Assembly: GCA_964016885.1 (NCBI GenBank)
Contig: OZ024741.1
Coordinates: 114,018,001-114,082,000 of the forward strand
Source of the DNA: Eledone cirrhosa
Taxonomy: Eukaryota
Reading direction: 5' to 3'
DNA length: 64,000 bases
Shown: positions 28,016 through 38,581 of the stretch, piece after piece
Position numbering within the stretch: the stretch's first letter is position 1
How the letters are laid out: every line of letters starts with the position of its first letter
Notes under the pieces: model-generated
Told to the model about the DNA's origin: nothing
The model's database searches: none
What the model saw: the letters and a program-made list of their open reading frames with translations, nothing else
Made by a program: the position numbers and the translations under genes

Positions 28016-28285
28016 GTGCCTACAGACATACTATACAACAGTAAAAGTGACAGCCATTTTGTACTAATAACAGTAGTGGTTATGGTGGGCGGGTATACGA
28101 GTGAAAGGCGGTTGGCAATAAACTTCATATTAAAGGACTTACCGTCAATTTTTGACTGACTAAAATGAAGGGCCTGGAATAACAGAGAAAAAAGCTAATT
28201 ACTTTCAAGGAAAACGATCTCATTATATATAGCAGGAATACAAAAGAATACATAAGACTAATAGAGTAATAAACAAACGTACCAT
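15643..28285 (-). CDS. CALML4: Calmodulin-like protein 4 (EF-hand myosin light chain-like), 5 coding exons, 154 aa
   Basis: Exons 28283-28285, 28143-28173, 22446-22583, 20892-21077 and 15643-15749, all GT-AG and phase-compatible (465 nt with stop). Product [154 protein letters not shown] resembles CALML4 (MA.F.SQ..I.EYKECF; C-terminal P..DY). Confidence 0.88.
16610..16745 (-). mobile_element. tRNA-derived SINE, second family (CTTGAGCAAGACACTT core)
   Basis: Reverse complement of GGCACATGG.TCAGTGGTTAGA...TTGAGCAAGA.ACTTTATTTCACATTGCTCCAGT; other copies at 23420-23550(-), 34470-34605(-), 61659-61800(+) and 62670-62790(-). Confidence 0.75.
17741..18403 (-). mobile_element. CR1/L2-group LINE 3' fragment (same family as 5843-8765)
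   Basis: LYTAMVRPHLE...QRRATK, TRGH..K, FFTLRV..WNKLP; (ATT)n tail. Confidence 0.9.
18880..19125 (-). mobile_element. RTE-type LINE C-terminal fragment
   Basis: LAGRCIRH...KLVLWQP..GR..GR...TYVDTL motif. Confidence 0.6.
19294..19600 (-). mobile_element. CRE-like (restriction-like endonuclease) non-LTR 3' fragment; left arm of intronic inverted repeat
   Basis: RCEPCKLEWLF...FSILSA resembles 26017-26244; 19294-19528 is the reverse complement of 20536-20752. Confidence 0.6.
20160..20535 (+). mobile_element. RTE-type LINE C-terminal fragment
   Basis: VESILLY..ESW...LDGCYTRML, LAGYVMR..EPA.KLLLWEP motifs. Confidence 0.7.
20536..20752 (+). repeat. Right arm of intronic inverted repeat (CRE-like 3' fragment)
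   Basis: Reverse complement of 19294-19528 with a few substitutions and a small deletion. Confidence 0.85.
20892..21077 (-). CDS. CALML4: CALML4 exon 4
   Basis: TTCTTCAG acceptor, G|GTACAT donor; [11 protein letters not shown]...[29 protein letters not shown] (EF-hand motifs). Confidence 0.92.
22446..22583 (-). CDS. CALML4: CALML4 exon 3
   Basis: TTACAG acceptor, G|GTAGGT donor; EYKECF...[14 protein letters not shown]..EI (calmodulin-family MRSLG.NPT motif). Confidence 0.92.
23555..24620 (+). mobile_element. Degenerate RTE LINE 3' region plus short RT fragment
   Basis: KVNLTKT, KWPCS, MLHGSEAW, ERRLHWYGHV, RPRKTWAEVVR, followed by a second piece DKMQFSFIP..TDAL. Confidence 0.85.
25310..25955 (+). 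mobile_element. Degenerate RTE LINE 3' region
   Basis: KWPCSV, DSFCYLGD, TGWKKFRELL, RRLHWYGHV. Confidence 0.8.
26017..26244 (+). mobile_element. CRE-like non-LTR element C-terminal (restriction-like endonuclease) fragment
   Basis: VPLAVETSGVLG...EWLFQRISLAVFQGNA. Confidence 0.75.
28143..28173 (-). CDS. CALML4: CALML4 exon 2 (31 nt)
   Basis: TTCCAG acceptor, G|GTAAGT donor; [10 protein letters not shown](E); a 31-nt second exon is typical of calmodulin-family genes. Confidence 0.85.
28283..28285 (-). CDS. CALML4: CALML4 exon 1 (ATG only)
   Basis: CAACT-ATG|GTACGT; an intron immediately after the start codon is a calmodulin-family hallmark. Confidence 0.75.
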
Positions 28286-28957
28286 AGTTGTTGTTTACCG
28301 GAACGCCTGAGATCGCTTACGTCTAAGAAAACAAGTGTTCTGTCTAGTTACTGATAATTTCTCCTAATTTACTGTTCTTTAAACAACTTAAGATTATACA
28401 GAAATATCTATTTTTTTGTCATTTCATTATCCTATGAATACACATTTTCTAATTTGTTTCCAATGTATTGTGTGTGCGCGCGCACGCACACATACACACA
28501 CATGTATTAGTTACGACTTACAACGTTTTGAGTTCAAATCCCGCCGAAGTCAACTTTGTCTTTCATTCTTCCGGCGTTGATAAAAATACAGTACCAGTCA
28601 AATACTGGAATCGACTTACTCATTCTCTCAAATTGCTGGCTTTGTGCCAATATTTTTAAGGCTTTGAAAAGCATTGGCAGTGTCTTTCATTAGAAATATG
28701 GTAACGAAAAGATTAAAACTTAATACTTCAAAACTTAGGTCTTTCTATTGACTTGTATACTGTATTCCTGGCAATAATATGTTTATATACCCTCCCTTGT
28801 GCTTCCCTTTAACCAGAGGTTCTCAAACTTTTGCCCCCCCCCCCCCTCTCGCGGTTCAGTAGTGGCCTCAACGCCCCCACCCTTATTTCCAGAGAGACCT
28901 GCCAACACACAAATTATAAATAATATACAATAAATAAAATCATTAATTTATATATAA

Positions 28958-30078
28958 TACTAGCAGTAGCACCCGGCGTTGCACGGTATAAGGTATTTTG
29001 GAACGCGGCCGCCAGCAGACCTAATCGTGGAAAAACTGCATACCTGGACAATATGTAAAGAAAATAAACCGAATACTCTGATGGCTGGGTTAATCTTTAA
29101 GATTTTCCTCGATGGAGCAGGAAAATGCAGGTTTTCACCTAATGCGGGCCCTAGGGGATCAAGAAAATGAATTGTTTTTATGTGCATAATATGCCTTGAA
29201 ATTTCGGGAAAATAGGCTAAACGTAACGCCTCAAAAAACCCTAAAACCTGAAAAAATGAAGTTTTTCACCTAATGAGGGCCCTAGGCCATAAAAAAGTTG
29301 GGTTTTCTTTGCTCACTGTATGAAGAAGAGACTGACTAATACATAGTTACAATTTCAAGGAAATCGGTCCGACGTAACGCCTCAAAAAAAAAACTAAAAA
29401 GCTGAAAAAACGCAGTTTTTCACCTAATGAATTTTTTTTATGTGCATAACACTCCCTGAAACAAGTAATACACATGTTAAGTTTGAAAAAGGTTGGTTGA
29501 GTACTTCTTGAGTTTTTAGGGATTCAAACTCACAGACAGACATCCTCAGTTTTATATATATATAGACTAGCAGAAAACCGCCCACCGGTTGGTTTTCTGC
29601 TAGTCTATATATATATATTACACACACAGAAATGTATATATATTTCTGTGTGTGTATATATATATATATGTATTACACACACAGAAATGTATATATATTT
29701 CTGTGTGTATATATATATATTTCTGTGTGTGTATATATATATTACACACAGAAATGTATATATGTTTCTGTAGCACTCCTCAATTCCCCCTCTCTCCCTC
29801 CCGCTATCCCCCTCTTGTAGTCTGTCTCTTTCTTTCACTCTCACTCTCTCTCTACGCGTGCGCAAAAAACATTCGCACGCGCGCACGTGTTTTAGCGTCT
29901 ATTCACTCTCTCTCTCTCCCTCTCTCCCTCCCGCTATCCCCCTCTCGTAGTCTGTCTCTTTCTTTCACTCTCACTCTCTCTCTACGCGTGCGCAAAAAAC
30001 ATTCGCACGCGCGCACGTGTTTCCACTGTTGGACAGACAGACAAACAGAGAAATTGCTGGTTATATATTATAAGGAGA
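28958..30078. mobile_element. Two adjacent non-autonomous Helentron/HINE-like elements with internal microsatellites and subrepeats
   Basis: 5' ACTAGC..ACCCGGCGTTGCACGG end, (CAGA)n, TTTTATATATATAGA 3' end, palindromic junction ACTAGCAGAAAACC...GGTTTTCTGCTAGT (29566-29603), ~128-bp tandem duplication at ~29790-30020. Confidence 0.55.
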
Positions 30079-30165
30079 TTATATATATTTTTTATTTTAC
30101 TATATCTATATATAATATGTATCATTTGATAGTTAATATACTATTATATCATATGTATACAATAT

Positions 30166-30357
30166 TATAATTGTTTCTACGTTTGGCACAAGGCCAGCAA
30201 TTAACCAGAGCATTACTGGTACTTTATTTTATCGACCCCGTAAGGATGAAAGGCAAAGTTAACCTCAGCGGGATTTGAACTGAGAATGGCACGGGCCGTA
30301 ACTCTATACGTCAAAGCATAGCGTCCGACCCTCTACCGATACTGCCAATCCACCGCC
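30166..30357 (-). mobile_element. tRNA-derived SINE (same family as 1012-1668)
   Basis: Full-length reverse-complement copy. Confidence 0.85.
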
Positions 30358-30379
30358 CTTGTATATGTATACAATAATA

Positions 30380-31330
30380 TAATGGTTTGTCCTGCCGCCT
30401 GAATGCTGGTCGTTTTGCCCGTCACACCAAGCTAAACCTGATCATCAAACAGGCCCTGGCACGGGTAAATATCCCCACAGTTCTGGAACCAGCTAGTTTA
30501 TCTAGAAGTAAGGGACCAGACGGATTTACCCTTTGGTGACAGGTAGGTGTCTCATCTGGGACGTCACAGTCAGTGATTCTTTTACTCCCCCCTACATCAT
30601 GGATACCGCGGTAAATGTGGAGGTCACTGTTTCTGCAGCCAAACGGAATAAAATTGGAAAATACCAGGACTTATCAACTAATTATTTTTTCCAGCCTGTG
30701 GCGTTCGAGACGTTCGGTGAGGTTGAGCTGCTGACAGCGACGTTCTTGTCATCACTGGCGGTTCACCTTACTGAAGTGTCAGGTGATGTCCGTGAGGGTA
30801 TAGCGATTATTTAATGGGTCCAGTTGGTGGTTAATTGTGTTGTGGTGTCGATTCGTTTGTTGCGTGTGTGTGCTCACTTGTAGCTTGCTGTGTGGTGTGG
30901 TCACTGTTGTGTGATAGTGTGACCAGAGTTTGCATGTGGCAGGTAAAAGATGATATGATAGTTCCTTGTAGAAAGCAAATGTTTTACATGTTTACTCTAT
31001 CAAAAACCGCTTCGAACTACTGCTGGGCTCATCTAAGGCAGGCTATTTATCTATGTCGCTTCCTCTGTCTCAAGACTTGAGAACAAAGGGCTGACCTTTA
31101 GAGGTCGTCTACACTCAGACCTATTGACGCCCGAAAGAACACAGAAAATGACCGTTAAATGTCACACGGGGGGCCAAGGTGTGGACAGATTTCGCTACAA
31201 GGGTGCCTGGTTATTTCAGCGCCTTAGCCTCGCCATCACCCATGGCAATACTGCAAGCGTGTTGGCTTGCTTCAACGTGTGTACTTGACCCCTAAGGTGT
31301 GAGGTGCGGCCGATTATCACATTTGGTGGT
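30380..31330 (+). mobile_element. CRE-like non-LTR 3' region (Zn-knuckle remnant + PD-(D/E)xK endonuclease) split by a solo LTR
   Basis: LSC...GRFARH..LN.II, LEP, PDG, WDVT, K..KY..L, PVAFETFG...DVREG | AWLFQRLSLAI..GN; the frame resumes after 31203. Confidence 0.8.
30799..31199 (-). mobile_element. Solo LTR (Gypsy-type) with 4-bp TSD AGGG
   Basis: Ends T(A)TAGCG...CGCTACA; AGGG at 30795-30798 and 31200-31203; minus-strand start TGTAGCGAAATCTGTCCACACC matches the LTR start at 38124. Confidence 0.85.
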
Positions 31331-31599
31331 GAATTGCCTCCTCCTTTTATTTCCTTTTTCATTATTGTTCACTGAATTTATCTTATATTTTTATACACGT
31401 TTTAGACATTATATTTCTAATGTTCTCCTGAACGAATTGTGAGCAATTTATAATTTATAATTGCGAGCAATTTATGCATTTGTCATGTTATTTATGTATA
31501 TATTTAAAAACATATTTGCAATGTTATTCTACCTTTAAAAAATAAATCTATCTTAAATTTCAAATTGTAATATGAAATAAAATCGGCTATACTATCCTT

Positions 31600-33570
31600 C
31601 ATCATTGTCATCATTTTACGTCCGCTTTTCCCTGCTTGCAAGGGTGGGACGGGTCTTATTCAGCACAGCATCTCTCCACTTGTCACGGTCCTTCGTCATC
31701 TCCACCGTGACCTTCAGCGATCTGAGGTCTGATCTCACCACCTCCGCCCATGTTTTTCGTGGTCTACCTATACCACGTCTTCCTTCAACTGGCATTTCCT
31801 GGCACTTCTTCACCCATCGGTCATCCTCCATGCGCATCACATGACCATACCACCTCAGTCTCCTCTCTCGCACAGTACATTCTATCCCTCTCAGACACAG
31901 TTTCTCTCTCAACACATTCATGCTGGGTCGATCACGCACATTGACATTGCACATCCAACGGAGCATGCTTGCCTCATTTCTCTCCAGCCGTCGCATATCC
32001 TCTGCAGTTGCTGCCCATGTCTCACTACCATGCAGCATCGCGCTCCTCACACAGGCATCATATAACCGGCCTTTCGTACGCAGGGAGAAACCCTCCTTCG
32101 TCAACAGAGGAAGCAGCTCCCTAAACTTCTTCCAACCCGTCCTTATTCTAGATACTATGGCCTCGGTACAACCCCCTTCCATGCTAATCTGATCTCCTAG
32201 GTACCGGAAGTTATCCACCACTTCTCTATCACCCACCTGCATTTGAAAAATGTGTCTATCAATGCGACTTCTACTGTCTAATTTCCTTGTACATCTACTG
32301 CATACATATTTCTCCCTACCTGTTAGTTTGCCTGCTATCCCACTACATCTCTTGTGTACCCAGGATCTGCATTGTGTGCATTTTATAGAATTTATGCCAG
32401 TTCCTTTTCTGCATATCGAACATGGCCATTTCCCTGACGGAATCAGGGTTTTGTCCTCTTTTCTACTCATCAACACTTTTGTCTTAGCTAGGTTCACTCT
32501 CAGTCCTCTTGCTTCCAACTGCTGTTTCCATAGCCAGAATTTATTCTCTAGCTCCTCTACTGATTTTGCTATAAGAACCAGATCGTCAGCATAGAGAAGT
32601 TCCCATGGACAGCCAGTCTTAAACTCCTCTGTTAGGGCTTGGAGGACTATAATGAACAAGAGCGGGCTGAGGACCAAAACTTGATGTACTCCTACTTGTA
32701 TCTGAAATTCCTCACTAAACTCCATTCCTACCCTGACTTTACTGACAGTACCTCTGTACAAAGTTTGCACAGTTCTCACAAGCCATTCCTCAACACCTAG
32801 TTTCCTTAGGGACCACCAGATGACAGATCGGGGTACCCTATCAAAGACCTTCTCTAGGTCAACAAAGGCTAAGTATAGTGGCTTATTTTTCTCTAAGAAC
32901 CTCTCTTGTAATTGTCTCACTAAGAAGAGGGCATCTGTTGTACTCTTCCCAGGCACAAAACCAAACTGCATCTCATCTAGTTTGACCCTTTTTCTAATTA
33001 GTTCTGCTAATATCCTTTCTGCCACTTTCATAACCTTATCCATGAGTTTTATATCCCTATAATTTCTCCTCTCCAGAGCATCCCCTTTACCTTTGTAGCA
33101 ATTTATGAGAATACTACTGCACCAGTCTTTGGGTATGAGACCACTATATATAGCCTGATTGATGATCCGTGCAACCAGTTTAGTGCCTACCACCCCTGAT
33201 GCCTTCAGCATCTCAGCAACTATCTCCGACGGTCCAGCAGCCTTACCATTTTTCATTTCCTTAATTGCCTCTTGGACCCTATATTCGCCAATCTCAATAG
33301 CTGGTCCCTCTGTCGGATCTACTGAGGGTAATTTCTCTCTCTCCCATTCGTTCTCCACATTCATCAGTCTCTCATAATGACATTTCCAGGCCTCTTTTTT
33401 CTGATCATTCGTGACACTAAGTACACCTACATCATTCCGGACACATTTATCTCCAACAACATCCTGATTTGCATTGACACACTGCCTTGCAATGTGGAAC
33501 ACCGCACACCTCTGATCTTCCCATCGCAGAACATTGGCAAACCTCCTACTATCAGCCTCCCTGCGTGCTA
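31600..33570 (-). mobile_element. RTE-clade LINE, 5'-truncated, uninterrupted RT + PHD-like finger + C-terminus (~650 aa)
   Basis: ORF 31616-33685 with KGKGD...NYR.I.L, QFGF, FVDLEK.FD, GVHQ..VLSP, LLYADD, CxxC..CxxC..HxxC..CxxC, RRLRWYGHV, GRPRKTW; (GAT)-type tail; no APE domain; the first ~40 aa of the ORF derive from flanking DNA. Confidence 0.93.
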
Positions 33571-34224
33571 AGTACAATACATAAGCAAACTGTAAATGTA
33601 AAGATACGCACACACACGCAAATATACTTAAGATATGACTAACTTCCACACAGTTTCTGTTTATAAAATTTCCCTCATGCACCATTGGTTAAGCCAAAAC
33701 TATAGTATAAGATACTGTCCTAACCACACAACCATGCTTGTGCATAATCGTAGAAGAAAATTTGAGTAAAAATATGGAAAAAGCTTTGAAGTTCTGCAAA
33801 TATTCCAAATGTACATTTGTAAGACCAAATATTTCTAGATAGAATGTTGTAAACTAAATCCAGAGATATTTTCCTTGGGCTTTATAGCACTAGATAAGTT
33901 AGTGAATATATGTAGATTGGCATATGAAAGAAACAGAAATAATTCATATGTAAAAGGATGCATCAAAATAGATCCAGCATTGCAAATCTGAAGGAAAATA
34001 ATGAATAAAAGGATTTTATTACATTCAAAGCTTTGAAGTATGATACAGACCTGGTGGTTAGTTCTAGTTTCATGGCATTAACCATTTTGATACCAAATTG
34101 CTTGAAACTGCTCCTGATTCTATGATGCAAAGCTGATTGTTTTCTCTGAAAACAGTTCCACCCTAATTTTAGGAAAAACCTTTATTAACTTATGTGCCCC
34201 AACCACAAGTGTAATAATAAAAAT

Positions 34225-34292
34225 GTTATATTACTAAATCTCACCAAATTCTTGATTATAATCAAGAATTTGGTGAGATTTAGTAATATAAC
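34225..34292. repeat. 68-bp perfect palindrome
   Basis: GTTATATTACTAAATCTCACCAAATTCTTGATTA|TAATCAAGAATTTGGTGAGATTTAGTAATATAAC. Confidence 0.92.
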
Positions 34293-36167
34293 TTTTTTAG
34301 TAATATAACTTTTTTCCCCTCCCCTTAAAATTGCTGGCCTTGTGCCTAAAGTAGAAATAATTATTTTGTCACCTTGACCGACCAGTCAGTCGGGCGCTGC
34401 TGTTCACAGCACGTCGTGCTGTTTTAGCCATAAGATAACGCCATCCCACTGGCTGGGCGGGCAGGCCGGTACTCATTTCTACAGCTGAGTAAACTGGAGC
34501 AACATGAAATAAAGTGTCTTGCTCAAGGAAACAACACATCACCCGCTCCGAGAATTGAACTCACAACCTTTCGATTGCAAGCCCAATGTTCTAACCACTA
34601 AGCCTTCACATAACAATTACTTTATTGGAATTAAAGTTGGATTATTTGTGTATGTTAATTTTTCTATATAGAAATGTTAAGTTAATCTTATACAGAGTAA
34701 ATAAAAAGAGTTTTCCTTTTCTGCTACTTTCTTGGGTGTATATTTGAGTCTTTAGATATAGCACTTCTGATTTTACTCTCTCACATATTTACTTGATACA
34801 AACTAATTTAACCTGACTTGAACTTGCTGCTACAAATTGTTGACTAGCACTCATTTTATTGTTACACTACAATCAGTCATAAGTTTAACCCTTTCATAAC
34901 CATATTTCTAACCAAAAATATTGCCTATGTTATATTATTAAATCTCGCCAAATTCTTGATTATAATCATAAGGATGAAAGGCAAAGTTAACCTTGGTGGG
35001 ATTTGAACTCAGAACATAAATGGCTGTAACTACATACTGCAAAGCATGTTATCCAACACTCTACTGTGATGTGGTGTAGTGTATGAATTGTTTTGGTAGA
35101 AGTATTAATGAATAAATGTTAAGCCAACAGAATAAGAAAGTCATTCTACAGTCGTTTTTTTCCTTGACCTGCCAGACTTTAGAACTCTCTTCCATTTCAT
35201 TGTTTTCCTCCTTATGACTTGAACTCTTTCAAGTCTAAAGTAAATTCATTCCTTTTGTCTTAATTTCTTCTTCTGCATAGTTCCTTACACTATGTGGCTC
35301 CATGCCTTGTTTGGAATTTTCAAGAAAAAAAAAAGGATAACTACCTTTGTGGAAGCATGATTCTTTTGTATCAAATGGCATGCAGATATTTGGGGTTTTT
35401 TTAATCAGTTATACAAGATTTTTTGGTGGGAAACGTTTGCAAACATACAAATTTAACTGGTATAGATTTAAGAAGGATTTAGATCTTTTGACAGCTTATG
35501 GATTTTGTTTGATCATGTGACTAAAAACTTCTAGGATATTCTTAATGTTCTCAAAGGATATGCCTTATTTTTGAGGTGCCAGACAAGAAAAGGCATAATA
35601 TTAAACCATTCATAGGCCAAAGAGAGAGAGTGTGTGTGTGTACAAAAAAGTATGTGTGTCATGGAAAAGACAATCCTATTTCCCTAGAATGTCTGAAGGT
35701 GGATTAAGTCCACTGCACAATATCAGCAACCATTAAATTTGAATCTATAATTGTAAAATGTAATCATATGAAGAATTAAGAACAAAATAGTAAATAATTG
35801 CAGGTGAATTGTTGAAGAAAATATTTAAGTGTTTTGAATTTAGAGATGTCTTGTTTTAAATATAAACACAGTTTATTAAATGAATATGATTTACAAAAGA
35901 AACAAATTAATAAAAGTTAATCAGTGAAGTAAAAATAAAAGATTTTTGAGGCAAAGAATGTGATAGCAAGGCGAAGGTGCTGGAATAACTTAATACCTTG
36001 GTATGGTGGGCCTCCAACAATGTCAAAAGTCCTGTTGTCAGCTCCCCAACTCCCCCAAACATCTTGGATGCCAGAGGGTGCAAAATGTAATAATATAAAG
36101 AATTAATGATAAATGAGTAAATAATTGTTGGTATTACTTGCTATCAGGTAACGTGTCCATTAAAACA

Positions 36168-36202
<35 letters not shown>

Positions 36203-37231
36203 ACTGTGGGTGAAAATATGCAATATTTCAAATTTAGAATCTGTCGTTGCCTCACTATCACCTGCAATAATGCTGTGTTGGCTTGCCTAAAATATTATTA
36301 GAGAGAAACCCCAGCATCCCTTGTTGTGGTATGTGATTGACCACAGACACTGACCTCTGGCCTCATTGATAAGCAATTTCCTTTTGTATGGTACCCAATG
36401 TATTTTACTTCCCTTGGTTTGGGGACTCATGTCACCAAAATGTTTGGAAGAATACAATTTTTGAGGGCCATCTGCTTATTATCAATGACAATAGGATTCT
36501 CATTAATAGTTGGCTCCCTGCTGACCAGCAGCCAGTTCAGCTTAGTTTTCTCCAGTGACCAGAACAATGTAGTTGCCAACAGAGCTGAAACAGCCATACT
36601 CCCGATCAATTCAAACAAAGTTAGTTCTTTTCATACTACTATAGCATTCATGCAAAACTGATCACACAAACATAACACATATTTACATTTTGGCTCTTTG
36701 TTTTCCTGTGTTGTCAAAATAATTCCAACGTAGCAGTGTTTGTTATTGTTTATTGAATATTGCTAATGGCAGCTTCACTTTCAACCTTCAACTACTGGCT
36801 ATGGCAAAGAATTTAGTTACACATCTCACTGAGACACACACAGTTCATTTATCATAAGTCACAAACATTTACCACTGTGCTTATATGAGAGAGAGAGCAA
36901 CTTACAGAATACCCATCAAGCCAATTACTACTTCAAATTCTGCCACATTACAATGAACAAACAACTGACCAACTAAGCCTCACCTTTTACACATTCTTTC
37001 ATCTAGTCACATCACTAACTATATCACTGATCTCAACTACATCTGGTCCCCACAAACAATCATTTTAACTGCCACTACAAGGTCTCCTCTCTTCTTTATT
37101 ACCCCCCCCCCCCCCCTTCTTTCTTATTATTCCTCAGCCTAATTTAATTTTTTATAGCATTGTATATATATGTGTCTTATTCATTATACAAATTGTTTTG
37201 ATGTCAGTATTTAAGTGGTTAATTATTTGAT

Positions 37232-37417
37232 AGGATTGGCAGTATCAGTAGAGGGTTGGGCGCCATGTTTGCAGCACAGAGTTACGGCCATTTATGGTCT
37301 GAGTTCAAATCCTGCTGAGGTTAACTTTGCCTTTCATCCTTACGGGGTTGATAAAATAAAGCATCAGTAATGCACTGGGATAATTGCTGGCCTTGTGCCA
37401 AAAGTAGAAACAATTAT
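37232..37417 (+). mobile_element. tRNA-derived SINE (same family as 1012-1668)
   Basis: Same A/B boxes, core and tail. Confidence 0.85.
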
Positions 37418-37944
37418 TTGATAATTGCTTTGGATAATAGCTAATTATATGAGAAACACATTTACTCAGATGTTTAGAGGTGAATGCTGTAATGAAGGTG
37501 GAAGTAGAATACAAGGAAGCAATTGCTTTTCACATAATTACTGATATCCAAAGAGTAAGATGAAACCATGTGAATGAATATTGCAATGTATCAGTAAAAT
37601 GTAGAGCACATCATAATAGCTATAAAGTGTTTTCATTAGCACTATATTGATATTATCAAGTTCATAGTAATTAAATCCGTTCAGAATATTGCAACAGATA
37701 GAAATAGCACAGATGGAAAAATAGAGAAAGAATGGCATGTCTATTATAGCTTATTAAAAATATATATCAACTGAAAATCATGCATTAGCATTGCTTAGAG
37801 GCAATTCTTGCAATTAACCTTTGATAACATTTTTAAGATACATGATTTTCATTAGATATTCAATTAAAATAAACTATTTATATTAGGCAAATTGATAGTG
37901 CTGTCAATAATGACAGCAATAACATTAAGTATACTAATTTTTGG

Positions 37945-38123
37945 AGTCCAGGATTGGCCTAGTGGTAAGGATGTTAGATTTACAACCATGACGTTGTGGG
38001 TTCAATTCCTAGACTGGAGTTTGTGTTGTGTTCTTGAACAAAACACTCCATTTCATGCTGATCCAGTATACTCAGCTGAAAATGAGTACCAGCTGTAACT
38101 GGTGGTTTAATCTGTGATGGATT
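37945..38123 (+). mobile_element. tRNA-derived SINE 5' part, interrupted by the Gypsy insertion (continues at 59578-59640)
   Basis: A box TGGCCTAGTGGTAAGG, B box GGTTCAATTCC; the reconstructed empty site reads CTGTGATGGACTGGCATCCTGTCCAG, a familiar SINE core motif. Confidence 0.7.
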
Positions 38124-38509
38124 TGTAGCTAAATCTGTCCACACCTCGAGCCCTGGGTGACGCTTAAAGGTCAAATTCTAGATCACCACACTTTTGCTGT
38201 AAACAAGTTGATGAGTGAACGATCTCTCAAGGCAAGGGACAGTGGAAGTTGGAGATATAAATAGCCGGTAGAAGGAGAGAGAAGGTTCAATCCTCACGAG
38301 GACTACTACCTGACTACAACAACCAACAAACATTGTCTGGTCACTCGCTGTTTCACATCAACAACAAAAAAAACATTGTCAACCTTTGTGACTCGTGGTA
38401 ACCTATTTGTTGTTCTTTTTAACTGAAGTAGAGTAAATTGTATATCAAAAGTAAACCAGCTATTCGTGTTATTTCTTCTAACGATAACTACTAACTTTGC
38501 TTCGCTTCA
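38124..38509 (+). repeat. 5' LTR (386 bp)
   Basis: TGTAGC...GCTTCA; TATAAA near 38256; direct repeat of 59193-59577. Confidence 0.95.
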
Positions 38510-38511
38510 AT

Positions 38512-38523
38512 TGGTGACCCGAC
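38512..38523 (+). promoter_or_regulatory. Primer-binding site, tRNA-Trp-like
   Basis: TGGTGACCCGAC 2 nt after the LTR; complementary to the tRNA-Trp 3' end GUCGGGGUCACCA with one C missing. Confidence 0.75.
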
Positions 38524-38581
38524 ATTAGAACACACAGCTTTCTGAGACATCTATAATTACCAACGATAATCACGCAACAAT

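Noticed and set aside
29605-30170. ORFs of 93-172 aa rich in Y/I/C/L/S
   Set aside because: Translations of (TA)n, (CA)n and (CT)n microsatellites
36398-36661. Short ORFs on both strands
   Set aside because: No recognisable motif or convincing splice context
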